The notes below the pieces were generated by a model, which saw nothing but the letters and a program-made list of their open reading frames with translations, did not search any database and had not been told where the DNA came from. A DNA stretch of 64,000 nt from Octopus vulgaris (taxonomy: Eukaryota), in NCBI GenBank assembly GCA_951406725.2, contig OX597821.1, forward strand, positions 21,948,001 to 22,012,000, written 5' to 3'. Below, one piece after another: positions 25,768 through 42,530 of the stretch; the stretch's first letter is position 1, and each line of letters starts with the position of its first letter. A program made the position numbers and the translations under genes.

Positions 25768-26029
25768 ATATATCACTTTAGCAGCATTGATTAGGTTTGA
25801 GTTCCACTGCGCAGCACCTTGATCAAATATTTTTCTGTAATACCTTCGAGCCAACCAATGCTTTGTTAATGAATTTGGTAGGCAGAAATTGTGTGAAGGC
25901 CCGACGCATATGCATATGTGTGAGGGTGCTTTATGTGTGTGTGTGTGTATGTGTGTGTGTGCGCACGTCTGGAAGCCTATTATTCTTCTCTTTGAGCGTC
26001 ATTGACGTAAAATACCTGATTAGCAATAG

Positions 26030-26450
26030 GGGATGGCGTTTCGGAACCGTAGTAGCGATATAAAGAACAGGATGGAAAACACCTTGAGAGTTAATTCTTC
26101 GGGCAACGAAGGGATTCCCTTTGTCCTTGTGAAAGATACTACATAATGGACGCGTGAGAAGTGCAATGCTGCATGGCAGCGAGTCGTAGAGCGTAAGTGC
26201 AGAAGAGGTTCCAATACTAGAAAGAAATTTAGTTATCCTAGGCCTTTGGTTTGGAGGTATAATCTTAGAGCAAACGAACGATGAACATCAACGCACTGAA
26301 AGGAAAACAGAATATCAGAGAAATTAATTGTAGTGTGTAGAGGAACATGTCTGTGTCGATTGTATGAACGTTGTGTATGCGGAGGTTATTTAGGTAAGAA
26401 AATGATCCAGAATGGAGGGAACAGGTGCAGCGAGAAGCACAGATTATATA
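26030..26450 (+). mobile_element. Degraded RTE-clade LINE fragment
   Basis: RTGWKTP*EL..ATKG, VRSAMLHGSES*SV..EE...LERN matches the RTE MLHGSETW block. Confidence 0.7.
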
Positions 26451-26735
26451 CATGTGTGCAATACTCTGTGTGTGCGTGGGGGGGGGGGTTAATGTGCGTC
26501 TATAAATCTGGGGAAAGAGACCAAAAGTTTATTTATACAGATGCGCGCATGCATGGAATAAATTTATGCACACATGCAATCATACACACATACACACACA
26601 CACACACACACATTAAAGAAATTACTAGAAATAGGTTTTCTGATAATTTTTCAACATTAATAATTGGACGTTTATTACATACATACATGCATACATACAT
26701 ACATGCATACACACATACATACATACATACATACA

Positions 26736-26800
<65 letters not shown>

Positions 26801-27869
26801 TCGAACATACATATGTGCATACATACATGCATATATGCATACATAAATACAAGCATATTTACACGTACACGTGCCTATAAACACACACACGAACACGGAC
26901 ACACACGCACGGATTGCTGGTTGTCCACGCGCTTGGCTCTGTGTGTATGCCTGCATGTCTGCTCGTACATACATATGCATCTGTAGATATGTCCACGGAG
27001 CTTTTTGCCTATGGTTATAGCTAGAGAAGCATAAACACATACACAAACATTTATATCATATGCATATGTGTGTGCGTGTGCGTGTGTCTATATCAGTATA
27101 CATAAATCCATAAATTATTAAATATGTACAAGCCAATACAGTGTTATTTGAGTGAGATTTGACTGCCATTTCTAATAAGCCATGTGTGTGTATGCGTGCG
27201 TGCGTGTGTGCCTGTGTGTGTGTGCATGTGTGAAGGTGCATATGTTAGGTTATTTGGCTCACTATCTTAGGGTCATGATTTCGATTACCGGAAGCGCGTT
27301 GTGTGCTTGAACAAGACACTTTATTTCATGTTACTGGCAAGAATGAGTTATACCATTTTTATTAGGCTCCCAATGCCAGTAAAACTCTGCGTGTAGAACA
27401 GACTGTACATTCTCTAATCATCATAAGTACAGCAGTTGTTTTCCTATGACATAAACAACAGCGATTAGCGTATTTGCGTTCGAGTATGCCGGAACGTATT
27501 AAGAATCAGTATGCAAATCATCGATAAATTAAAATTAATCAGTAGTCTTAGAAGCTGTCATTGGATGATACTGGATGAGAAAATTTTTTAAATTCACAGC
27601 GTAGCCTTTCCTTTCAAACATGAAACTCACTCCTCTCTTAAATTTTGGCTATTTGAGTATTCACTTACAGTTTAGTAATTTGTAATATCACGGCCTGTAA
27701 GCTTTCCCACATACATGCGCTTTAAAGTGGACGCAGTGTTCGAATCCCGAAGGCGGCACTGTAATTAATTGCTGGGATCTTCTATACGCTTGTTTCTGTG
27801 CGCAGGTAAAATGTCGAACGAAGCAGTCTCATTGATACACAAACACACACACACACACACACACATATA

Positions 27870-28068
27870 TAGTTAATCCAAACAAGAAAACACAACAACG
27901 CGAGAACGTGGAACAAATATAGTATTACATGAGGCTCAGGAATGAAGGGAAGAAGGAGGGTTTAACGTTTCGAGAGGAGCTCTTCGTCGGAAACATAGGA
28001 GAAGGAAAGATCCAGAGAAGGGAAGACAGAGGAAAAAAAAAATCGCCAACTGTACACACGAGGTCACA
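27870..28068 (-). mobile_element. P1 mini-element with hammerhead-like motif
   Basis: Minus strand gttt-CCGACGA-A-gagctcctctc-GAAAC-GTT-aaac; TA repeats on both sides. Confidence 0.75.
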
Positions 28069-28090
28069 TATATATATATATATATATATA

Positions 28091-28481
28091 CTAGCAGTAT
28101 CGCCCGGTGTTGCTCGGGTTTGTAAGGGAAATAACTATATAAGCATTTTTAGAGAGTTATAGCCAAAAATAGCAAAAAAATGCATTAAAAATGGAAAAAA
28201 AATTATGGTAATTTTTTTTTAAATCGTTGACTCATTGTAGACATTTTTAGAGAGTTACTTCCCTTATATAATAGCGAAAAAATGCATTAAAATGGAAAAA
28301 AATGCTGGTAATTTTTTTTAAATCGTAGACTCATCGTAGACGCGCGCTAATACCCAGAAGGGCTCGATATGAATCACGACTATAAGATACCCGGTTTTGG
28401 TTAAACTGCACCGCAAAATGTAGGAGTAGTTAGGAATCTAAATCGTAGGAGACAGACACACAACTTCACTTTTATATATAA

Positions 28482-28484
<3 letters not shown>
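28091..28484 (-). mobile_element. Non-autonomous Helitron
   Basis: Minus strand starts TC (a|tctttatatataaaa) and ends with hairpin cccgagcaacaccggg plus CTAG|t; inserted at A|T in a TA array, no TSD. Confidence 0.85.
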
Positions 28485-28553
<69 letters not shown>

Positions 28554-28834
28554 AGCAGTTTGCAATATTTCACCAAAAAGAAGAAGTATAATTGTCAGTA
28601 AATGTGACTAGGGTGTTAGGAAACGCCTACGTTGCTAGAAAGAAGAGCAAAACCGTTCTAATATGCTGTAGTTAACACACATGAATGAAGAGATATACAC
28701 TTTCCAAACCTAATATTTACACGCTATTAACGAGAGCTTTATTTGCTTCAAGATTCAGCGTTAGCAAAATGAGTTGATTCACGTTCTCGAAACCTCTAAA
28801 TCATTATGACGTCATGTATCTGTTTATATCGATA

Positions 28835-28879
<45 letters not shown>

Positions 28880-29097
28880 ATGTGTGTATGTGTGTGCGTG
28901 TGTTATGTATTTCTATGCGCGTTGTGTACGTCAACTTTCCAAATAAAGGAATTCTAGACGCTTCAAAAGTATTTCTCCCTTCCTAATTCACTAAATTTAC
29001 ATGTACACCTATACACATAAAATATTTTGTTTATATCTAGATTTCTCTCTTTCTCTCTTTCTCTCTCTCTCTATCTCTATCTCTGTCTCTTTCAACG

Positions 29098-29150
<53 letters not shown>

Positions 29151-29197
29151 GTATGTATGTATGTATGTATTTATGTATGTATATATGTATGTGTGTG

Positions 29198-29231
<34 letters not shown>

Positions 29232-29651
29232 TGTATGTATGTATGTATGCATGCGTGCATGTATGTATGTATGATGTATGTATGAGTTTCTAGATGGATA
29301 ATCTGGTCAGAAACATCTTATGCAATATGATAAATAATGATTAAATTGTGTAATGGAACGTTCAGATCGAAGCCACGTTGTGAGAAAGTGATTATCGCGA
29401 GATCGTTTCTAATATGAACTTTCTAGGATATGAGATAAATATGCTAAAGTAGTTATTAGTTTCTTGTTATGGCTCTCATCCCCTCTCCCTCTCTCTTTCT
29501 CTCTCTCTCTCCCTCCCTTCTTCTCACCTACATTTATATATAAACATATATCTGTAGATATATATATATAGATATATATACATGTATATATTATACACAC
29601 ACATACAAATATACACGCGTATATTATACTTGTAGCTGTGTACCCGTACGC

Positions 29652-29682
<31 letters not shown>

Positions 29683-29823
29683 CTCCTATATCACATATGT
29701 ATAAATGCATAATATATATATTATATGTCACAAATAAATAGATGGATGGATAGATAGCTATCTAGCTAGCTAGCTAGCTAGCTAGATAGATAGCTAGATA
29801 GATAGATAGATAGATAGATAGAT

Positions 29824-29875
<52 letters not shown>

Positions 29876-30382
29876 TAATATGCACAGCAAAGAGCAAATA
29901 TATTATCTAATATATATTTTAGAATTTGTAAGAAAATTTAATTCTTAAATTTTCTATAATCATTTAAACGCTAAGGGGATCTCGGAATTTGACATAAATC
30001 TGTATGAGTGTTAGTATATATGCGTATGCGTATGAAGAGAGACATACATACATATATACGTTCATACATACAGTGAATAACAAAGATTATGAAACCGGTT
30101 AGGCTGTAATTCACATGAACATTCAGCGGGCGTTTTGGGTACGCTAAACTATTAACAAACAGCGCTACGGAGAGTTCAGTCTGCTCCATTGGTCTTCGCA
30201 ATAAAAACCAAACTCATACCATCAGAGCTGAATAACTAATATGCAAAGTGAGTAAGCATGCATATTCAGAATGAGTAAATTACTCAAACATGCGTAACTT
30301 AAATTTCCATGTGGAAATTACGCAATTGAGTATTTTTTATGCTCAGTACTCATTTTGAGGTACTTTTATGTGTATGCATGTA

Positions 30383-30417
<35 letters not shown>

Positions 30418-30447
30418 ATGTGTGTGTGTGTGTGTGTGTGTAATAAG

Positions 30448-30635
30448 GTGACATTTTTTCGGACGTAACATTGCCGTTAGGACAGCAGAGATAATAGGTA
30501 AACTATCCATACAAGGCGAAAAAGTTGTCAACAAACAGCAATGGCTGTTTGTTGACAACATTTTTCGCCTTGTATGGGTAGTTTACCTATTATTTCTGCT
30601 ATTCTAACAGCAATGTTACGTTCGAAAAATATCAC
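30448..30635. repeat. ~92 bp-arm palindrome with 4-nt spacer
   Basis: ...gttgtcaacaaacagc-aatg-gctgtttgttgacaac... Confidence 0.9.
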
Positions 30636-30744
30636 TCTCTTGTTTGTATCGTACAATACACCTTTCGACGCCTCTAATAAAAACAAATGTAAATTTGTGT
30701 GTGCGGGTGTGTGTATGTGTGTGTGTGTGTGTGTGTGTGTATAA

Positions 30745-30930
30745 ATCGAATAAATAAACATTAAAAGTAACAAAAACAACCAACAAGAGGACGTGCAAAT
30801 GGAATGTATTAGTTTAACGCACAGAAAAATTTGATAGCTTTTGACGTTTCGAGCGTAGCTCTTCGTCGAAAAGGAAAACCGAGAAGTCCAAAGAAGGAGA
30901 AAAAATCAGCAATACGACGTGTGTAGTTAC
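30745..30930 (-). mobile_element. P1/P2-related mini-element
   Basis: Minus strand cttt-TCGACGA-A-gagctacgctc-GAAAC-GTC-aaaag. Confidence 0.65.
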
Positions 30931-30966
30931 ATTGCTAGGTTAGGTCGTCTCTGAACCTTTGATTTC

Positions 30967-31020
<54 letters not shown>

Positions 31021-31994
31021 GTGTGTGTGTATGTATGTATGTATGTATGTATGTATATATATATATATGCATATATACATATGTGTATGTGCGCGCGTGC
31101 GTAGGTGTGTGTGTGTTTGTTTATGTCTGTATTTTTCCCCACCACTGGATAATAACTGTTGTTATTAAGCCGTTTGTCAAAAATGAACGATAAAATAAGT
31201 ACAGGGCTTTAAAAAGAATAATGCATAATTTTGCTTTTAATTGAAATATGACATTTCTCAGTGAAGCAGAACTAACGTTGTTTTGTTCCTTCGATAATGG
31301 ACTTTGTCTTTTATAATATAAGTACCGGTCACATCCTAGTGCCTATTTAAGTGACTCTACACTGCTCTGAATTTTTGGAAATTTTGATAATGCGAGAAAT
31401 TATTGCTGTAACGAAAAATGTAATGAATAAACACCTTGTATTCAGTTGTGTAGCTTCAAGTTCTGGGTTCTAATCCCGTCAATGTCGGCTTCAAGTTTCA
31501 TGGTTCCAGAGTTGATGAATAAGTTCCATTCAAATGAATATTCGAATGAAAGACCCTACGGGGTTTTACGTGCATCTATTTACTCTCTGTATTTAAGTCT
31601 CATCGACGTGGACTTTTCATTTTATCCTTTCTTTCTTCGATAAAAATAAAGTGTCAATCAAGTACAAGAGTCGATCAAAACGATTTCACATCCTCCAGGA
31701 TACTTGGCTTTTAGTTTAGATCAGAAATATATAACTTCGCGATTCTTTGAACCAGAGTGTGCTAGTGCAGTTGAGAAAGGATGCCGAGGGGCAGATGAGT
31801 TGCTATAAATAATTTCCAACCCATAACTTTGCTAAATGCATTATTTAAGATTTAGCAAGTGTTAGTAAAGAGATTGGTGCTTTTTGTCGAGGATATGATT
31901 TCTAAATCGCAAACATTTAACATATGCTTGCAATATTCCTTTCATACGGTGACCCGTTAGCAAATAAGATAACTTTCTGTTAATATTATTATTA

Positions 31995-32352
31995 TTATCA
32001 TTCAGTAGTTTTATTTTTATAGTGTGCTTTCACTTCACTACCGAGCGCAGCTCTGTGTGCCTTGGGTATGTGCTGTGATTTGTTGTGATGCTCTGATGGT
32101 TATTGTATGGAAAGTGTTCTGCGTAGGATGTGTGCAGTGCCTAGTAGTGCAATTTTCTGTATGTTATATGTGTTTGTAAGTCCTGGTGTTTTTGTTATGT
32201 ATTTGTCTGAATATTTTTTTATCATGCCTAATGCACCTACTATGATAGGAATTGTTTCTGTTTTTAGATTCCACATTCTGGTTACCTCTATTTCCAGGCC
32301 TTTGTATTTTGAAAGTTTCTCCATTTCTTTTAGAGACACGTTGTCATCTGCC
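31995..32352 (-). mobile_element. Dong/R4 LINE 3' fragment
   Basis: KLSKYKGLEIEVTRMWNLKTETIPIIVGALG...LGTAHILRRTL, 3' UTR, TAA tail. Confidence 0.9.
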
Positions 32353-32403
<51 letters not shown>

Positions 32404-32447
32404 CATTTTTATTTTTATTTTGACCATCATTATTATCATTATCATTA

Positions 32448-32730
32448 TAAGGCGATTAACTGGCAGAATCGTTAGCAGCCGGGCGAACTGCTTAGCAGCA
32501 GTTCATCCGTCTTCGCGTTCTGAGTTCAAAGTCCGCCGAGGTCGACTTAGCCTTTTATCGTTTTGGGGTCGGTAAATCGGTAAATTAAGTATCAGTGAAA
32601 CACTGGGGTTGATGTAATCGACAAAATGAGTATCGGTCGATAGGATAAGTACCAGTTGAGTACTAGGATCAATGTAATCGCCTTACCGACTTCCTCGTAA
32701 TTGCTGACCTTGTGCCAAAATTTGAAACCA
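32448..32730 (+). mobile_element. SINE family A
   Basis: ctggcagaatcgttagc...gagttcaaagtccgccgaggtcgac. Confidence 0.8.
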
Positions 32731-32896
32731 TTATTATTATTATCGTTGTTGTTGTTGTTTATAACGATGATGATGAACGTGTTGTTTGCTGTTGCTGATG
32801 TTGATGATGTTGTGTTTGCTGCTGCTGCTGTTGTTGTTCTTCTTCTTTCTTCTTCTTCTTTCTTCTTCTTATTCTTTTGTCTTCTTATTATTATTA

Positions 32897-32957
<61 letters not shown>

Positions 32958-32959
32958 TA

Positions 32960-35450
32960 TCTTATATTTGACTTTTGCTTTGCATTTGTACAAGTTAGCT
33001 CCAAGTCTCACCCAGAGACCTCAAGAGATAACAAATTGGAGGTTCATGTTGGTGTTATGCCTAGGGTGTGATATATTTGGTTTTGTACATAGAATTGTTC
33101 TCGAGAATGTTTAAGAAACCATTAGAAAATTATCAGTTTGTTTTAAAAGTTGAAATTACATAGAAAGTATTTTACTTGGGATATGGGCAGTTCCCACGAA
33201 CACTATCTTTTGAATTTCTGTCATTTTCGGGTTTCCTGGTATATGAGCTAGGTAACAACCAGCCCCTTTTGCTATCATTCCAAGGGCACCTATGTTTTAA
33301 TCTTCAGGTTCCACATTTTGCTAATTTCTATTTCAAGATCTTTATATTTGCTCAGTTTTTGGTAGGTCTTGGCAGATACGTTTATATCGACAGTCATATC
33401 AATGAGGAGGCATGCTTTTTATCAGAAATCTTTCAATATAATGTCTGGCCTACTTGCATCTATCTTTCTGTTTGAATGGTGAAGTTCCAGAGGAGTGAGA
33501 TGTGATCATTTTCAAGCACTGGAAGTGGTTTGTGTTCCCACCAGTTTTTATCATGGGACAGGTCCGGGTTTGTGCAAAATACCCAGTGAATATATTGTGC
33601 AGCTCTATCATGCCTGTTGAGATACTCTGTAGGCGCTAGAAGACTGCATTTGGAGACAAAATGATAAATGGCTTCATTTTTATTGTTGACATACACGACG
33701 GGCTGGGAAGCTGCCGTTCTTTAATATGTTGGTCTGGTAGTTCCTTGTAGGTAGGCATTGATCTTGGGCTGCTATGAAAAACTCTTCTGTTTCAGATTTT
33801 AAGCCAGAAGCCATTGATGGGTAAGGTCTTTGTCAACATCGGCATTATTAGCTCTCTTTGGGTATTTGCCATTGAGAGGTTTTTCTTACCATGTATTAGT
33901 CAGAATATCTAAGGCAGCAGTTTTAGCACAGGTTTTCATACGCTTAGCTTTTTCTTTGCTTGTTTCTAGTACGTCAAATTATGGAATTTGTATTTGGAAT
34001 TCACTTATATATTCCTTTTCCTGTTTTGTTACTGAATATGATGCTTTCTTGTTTTCATGTCTTGAGACAAGTTTTAACATCCAGTCCTCAGAGTTTTTTC
34101 AGGTTGGTGTCTAGGTCAATTGTGGCAATCTTCATTGTTAATGCCATTTGTAAAAGTCCACAGCCTCCCTCTCTTCTTGGCAGGTAAAGTCGTTCTATAT
34201 CTGCCTTAGAGTGGTGCATTTTATGCATTGGCAACAATTTTCGTATTTTTCTGTCAAGATTATATATTTCAGTAATTGACCAGTTAATGATATTGAAACT
34301 GTAAGTTACGATTGGTATGGCTAAAGTATTGATCTTGTTTCTGGCATTCAGCTCCGTCTTTAGTACTGCTCTCACACTCTGATAACATTCTCTTCTGATC
34401 CTTTCCCTCATCACTGAATGTTTGATTCCGTCCCCTTCAAATACCCCTAGGTATTTGTAGCTCTCTGCTGGTTCTAACTCTTTTATGACATTCTGCTGAT
34501 CAAGGTTAACGTTAGATGTTTCTGTCATTTTTCCTTTGATAAAGGTAACTTTTGCACATTTATTGAGGCCGAACTGCATCCTGATCACTGAATTGTTTAA
34601 CAATCGCTTGAGTTGTTGGTCATTTTTTTGCATAAAGAGCTTTATATCATCCATATAAATGAGATGATTTATATTTTTATCAAATATTTTATAACCGTAC
34701 TGTACATCATTGAGCCATTTCGAGAGAGGTATTAAGGCTAGACAAAAGAGGAGTGGTGATAGTGAGTCACCCTGGAAAATGCCACATGAAGGCATTCAAC
34801 CAGAAGTTAGGAATTTTATCCTTTCCTGGAGACTTCCGTTTGCTTGACCTCCTGAGAGAAGATCTTACATCTTCTACCTTGACGCCCTCCCACGTTTTCT
34901 CTTCTAAGAAGTCTAAATCTGTAGATATTCTATCAATCCAAGGGGACTTTTTCATTGTGTGTTTTTTTTCTTTTGTCCAAATTTTATTCCAAAATTCCTG
35001 CACTTCTTTTGATGGGACAGACTTTACTGTAACTGGTATTTTCCCCATATTCCTATAAAAATTTTTGGAATTATTTTTGAACATGTTGTCCGTGAAGAGT
35101 CTAACGCGCTTTTCGTACCTTGCTATGCGGGCAGCTTTAGCACATACCTTTTGCTTGATGGTTTCTATGGTGATATCAATGTCAAATATGGTTTTCATAT
35201 TATATTTTTTCTTTAATTTTCTGGGTTTTGTAGGTTTGATAGCCTTGTCAAACTTAAGGTTTTTTTTAAACATTCTATGTCAGACCTAAGTAGCTTAATT
35301 TGGTGTTGCAAACGCTCTTACCAAGAAGACTTTTTGTGGAAATGTTGTCGTTTTCTAATCTTTTCACAACATAGAATCCTTGAGATTTTCGCGGATGCAT
35401 AATGCAGATGGTTGAGATCTGTAACATTAACATCATTAACTGAAATTATA
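32960..35450 (-). mobile_element. Dong/R4 LINE, ~2.5 kb, internally deleted and frameshifted (RT plus RLE)
   Basis: KSPGKDKIPNFWL, GIFQGDSLSPLLFCLAL, HLIYMDDIKLF, YKYLG, RLYLPRREGG.GL, RHDRAAQYIHW; (TAA)n at both ends. Confidence 0.93.
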
Positions 35451-35453
35451 TCC

Positions 35454-36643
<1,190 letters not shown>

Positions 36644-37522
36644 TCATTATTATCATCATCATCATTATCATTATCATAATTATAATTATTATTACCACAG
36701 TATTCGTTACCAACATCAGTAGTACGACTACGTCTACAGACACCATCACTACCACCACCATTATCATTATTATCCTAGTTGCTGGAATATTCTTGTAGTT
36801 ATTTAATACTTTAGTTTCCAAATATAAGGCCAATTTCTGTACATTCTAAAGAAAATTTTTGTTTTATCCGATAGAAATAAGAATCATTTTACTACAAGAA
36901 TTGTTAAAATCTACTTTATTATTCTATTTCCTGTTAACAGTTCACAACTCAATGCCTCTCCTTTTTATCTCATTCTTTTTTAGTTTATCTCTAATCCTCT
37001 TCATCTTCCTACAATTGTGAGATAAGCAACAGCAGCAAAAACAAAAAAAAAACAATTACACTCCCAAAATCAATTTCTTTATCGTTATCCCATATTATTT
37101 TTTCATTACCAACGGTGTTCCTCAGACAAGCATTGAAATCATTTCACGATTATATATCAAAACGCTCCGAACTCAAAACTACAGTAATTGTTAAATAGCT
37201 TTATAATCTTACGACCGTTTATCCTTTATCCAGGCATTTTTTTTCTGTTTTTTTCTGTATTATGTGCTCTGTGTATATATTTTTTTTGTTGATAAAGATG
37301 AAATAATATTAATCGTTTTGTGGTAGTTCTTGACCGAAGAGGTTTAATAATATATGTCGGCCATCTTGTCTTGCTCTTTTACTTTTTTTCTACTCCAGTT
37401 TCTTTCTTTTATATTTCATATTGTTTTTTATTAATATTTTTGCTCTCATCATCGTTTAACTCTACGACACTTACACCCCTGCTTATATATATATGCGATG
37501 TTTAAGTATGTGAGTGTGTTTG

Positions 37523-37580
<58 letters not shown>

Positions 37581-37835
37581 TTGTGTATTTGTATGTGTTT
37601 GTGTGCGTGTGTGTGTGTATCTATGTGCAGATATATATATATATATATAAGATATATAGACATAAATACATGCACACGAACATATCTTCACTATTTACAT
37701 ATGTGTGTGTATATGTGTGTGTGTGTGTATGTATGTATGTATATATGTATGTGTGTGCATATACTATATCAAATAAGGTTTACTTGGAATTAATACCGCT
37801 CATCTTCTCGTTCTCTTTCTCCATATATATATATT

Positions 37836-37889
<54 letters not shown>

Positions 37890-38106
37890 GGGGGAGTGGA
37901 GTAGAGAGAAAGGGGTTCTGAGCTAGAATTGGTTCCTTATAAAAATAATGTGTGTGAGACGTGTGCCAATATGTGATTGTGTATCTGTTTGTATGTGTGT
38001 ATGTGTGTTTGTGTGCGAATGTGTGTGTGTGTGTGTGCGCGCGCGCGCGTGCTTGTGTGTGCAGAGTAAATATTAGACCTGATTTCTGCGTGTCTAAGTT
38101 GGCTGT

Positions 38107-38167
38107 AATAAAAATAATAATGACAATAATAATAATAATGATAATAACAACAACAACAACAACAATG

Positions 38168-38208
<41 letters not shown>

Positions 38209-38219
38209 TGATAATAGTG

Positions 38220-38265
<46 letters not shown>

Positions 38266-38294
38266 TAATAGTGATGATGATGATAATAATAATG

Positions 38295-38337
<43 letters not shown>

Positions 38338-38369
38338 TAATAGTGATGATGATAATAGTGATGATGATG

Positions 38370-38433
<64 letters not shown>

Positions 38434-38465
38434 TAATAGTGATGATGATGATGATAATAATAATG

Positions 38466-38504
<39 letters not shown>

Positions 38505-38505
38505 G
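38107..38505. repeat. (AAT)n/(GAT)n array with higher-order periodicity
   Basis: Recurring gataatagtgatgat blocks. Confidence 0.95.
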
Positions 38506-39012
38506 TAACGATGATCGTGATCATGATAATGTTGATGATTGTGATCATGATCGTAAGGACGATAATTTCTTGAACATGAACAAATCAAAAGCATAAATAA
38601 AGCAAGTAATTTGTATCGCTTAAAGAGAATTTGTAATAATTATTACAGAAAATAAATTTGCAAATTTTCTGAAATGTTATTCTCGAAATTCTTCCTGGAG
38701 ATCAAAGAACAACCAAAATGGACATTTCTTTGCTCTGTGCGTGTGTATGTGTGTGTTTGCCCGCGCGCACGTGAGTCTGTGTCTTTGTGTATTATTATAT
38801 TTAATCGGTTAAAATAACTAGTGATATTATTATATATTATAAAAGTATGGGCACATTTATAAAATGGGGGAAATAGTTAAACGTGAAATATTTTACGAAG
38901 GAAAATAGCAAAACGCTATCGATCGAATGGAAATACAAGGAGTTTGAAGAAGAAAATGATAAAAAGAGATTCATGATTTTGTTACACATACCCAGGAACC
39001 ACATCACACCTA

Positions 39013-39098
<86 letters not shown>

Positions 39099-39161
39099 TA
39101 TATATATATAGATAGATAGATATATACATATATATATATACATACATATATATATATATAC

Positions 39162-39206
<45 letters not shown>

Positions 39207-39252
39207 ACATACATATATATATACATACATATATATATACATATATACTTAT

Positions 39253-39314
<62 letters not shown>

Positions 39315-39734
39315 ATTTATTCAGATAGATAAGTAGATATAGGTATGGTTACATATATATTTGTGTATAAATATACATACGCACATATTCATGGACTTAT
39401 ATATAAGAATATATATATATATAAGAATATATATACGCACACAAATATATCAAATATATACAAAAATATGTGTTTGTGTATGTGTGTGTGTGTCCGCTAT
39501 GCGATTATAAGGCTCATATGCGCGGAATAGAGTACACGTGAACTCATAGTAATCGAAGTGTAATTTGTAAATGGGCTCAAGAAATGATTACAGGTAATTA
39601 TAAATAATTTGGGGTTGCGATATTAGTCTCAAGTAAGAAATGAAACGGGAAAGAAATTTCGATATACCACATTAAAGGAAACATGTTTATTAGTACAGTT
39701 TCACTTCTTTACCTTTATCTCCTGTTATTACATA

Positions 39735-40895
<1,161 letters not shown>

Positions 40896-40913
40896 AATAT
40901 ATATATATATATA

Positions 40914-41082
40914 CCAGACGAGATGGTGAAGATGCCGACGACCGCTTTGTTCAAAGCCTCCCTGGACCTCAAGTGGCCTGAACTCTTTACATGAACACCA
41001 CCCTGTACTTAACTCCATGTCCCCCTACATGGCCTTGCTATTTGCTTTTGAGCCAAATTAACTAACTAACTAACTAACTAAC
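40914..41082 (+). mobile_element. CR1/L2-like LINE 3' end with (TAAC)n tail
   Basis: PDEMVKMPTTALFKASLD resembles the CR1 terminal LP.EVV.A.S...FK..LD motif. Confidence 0.7.
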
Positions 41083-41087
41083 ATATA

Positions 41088-41414
<327 letters not shown>

Positions 41415-41427
41415 TATACATACATAC

Positions 41428-41458
<31 letters not shown>

Positions 41459-41631
41459 CATACATACATACATACATGTACTTATTATCAGTATGTATCA
41501 GTAGAATGCTTAATAATTGCTAAGCTTTACTATGAAACTAATGACAGCATTCTAAATCCACTAATAAAGATTATAGTACGTTTTCATGTGTGTGTGCATA
41601 TATATATATATCACCCATTCCCTTCTGGTCA

Positions 41632-41829
41632 TTCAATATGTGACCGCGTGTGTATCGTTGGCGATTTTTTTCCTCCGTCTTCCCTTCCTTGGACCTTTCC
41701 TTTTGCTATGTTTCTGACGAAGAGCTCCGCCTGAGACGTTAAATCCTCCTTCTTTCAATAACACTACACTTGTTCCACGTCCTCGCGTTCTTGTGTTTTC
41801 TCTTTGTGTTTTCATGCTTGGATTAACTA
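41632..41829 (+). mobile_element. P1 mini-element
   Basis: gttt-CTGACGA-A-gagctccgcct-GAGAC-GTT-aaat; ends ttggattaac followed by TA. Confidence 0.75.
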
Positions 41830-41854
41830 TATATGCACACACATATATATATAT

Positions 41855-42475
41855 CTTCTTCATCTTGGGGTCGTTGGTATCTTTGAGTGGCACATCGGGC
41901 AATCAGTGATCGCCAATTATCTCCGTCTCTGGCCAACCGGTATGGTGTGTAGGTCTTCCTTCAAGGTACTACGCCTTGTCTTCCTGGCCGAGCACTTTTT
42001 CTCTTACCTTCCAGCGGCATCCATCCCATCGCTGTTTTGACAAGCATCTCCTCTTGCAATCTTAGTATTTGTCCAGGTATTTTCATTCGTGGTTCAGTTA
42101 CAGCTGCTTGCAGGGGCCTTAATCTTGCTACTTGGAGTACGACTTCATTTGTTACTATGTCTCGATAAGTGATTCTGAGGCACCGCTGATGATATACGTC
42201 GAATGTAATGCTAGTTGGGAAGCAAGTAGAAAGCGAACCAGTGAAAGTTGGACAAGAATCAGTTGAAGAAGTTACAAGCTTCACATATCTGGGAAGCAGA
42301 GGGACAAGCAACGGTGATGTAGAGAGAGATGTAAACTTCAGAACTTGCAAGGCAGCGGCAGTATTTAGGAGACTGGCAACACCTTGGTGTAGCGATAACA
42401 TATGTATAGAACTGAAGATTCGTCTGTACAAAATAGTAATACTGCCAATAGCGATCAATGTAGATCAGACCTGGA

Positions 42476-42478
<3 letters not shown>
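41855..42478 (-). mobile_element. RTE LINE with 5' inversion
   Basis: Minus 42203-41855 FDVYHQRCLRITYRDIVTNEVV...WRSLIARC; plus 42204-42478 VEEVTSFTYLGS...KIRLYKIVILP...DQTWK. Confidence 0.85.

Positions 42479-42522
<44 letters not shown>

Positions 42523-42530
<8 letters not shown>

Noticed and set aside
27735-27760. B-box gttcgaatccc as a tRNA
   Set aside because: No cloverleaf or A-box could be built around it.
37358-37370. YY1-like motif cggccatcttg as a promoter
   Set aside because: Isolated motif without other promoter evidence.
37937-38596. Poly-I, poly-N/D and poly-Y ORFs
   Set aside because: (AAT)/(GAT) microsatellite.
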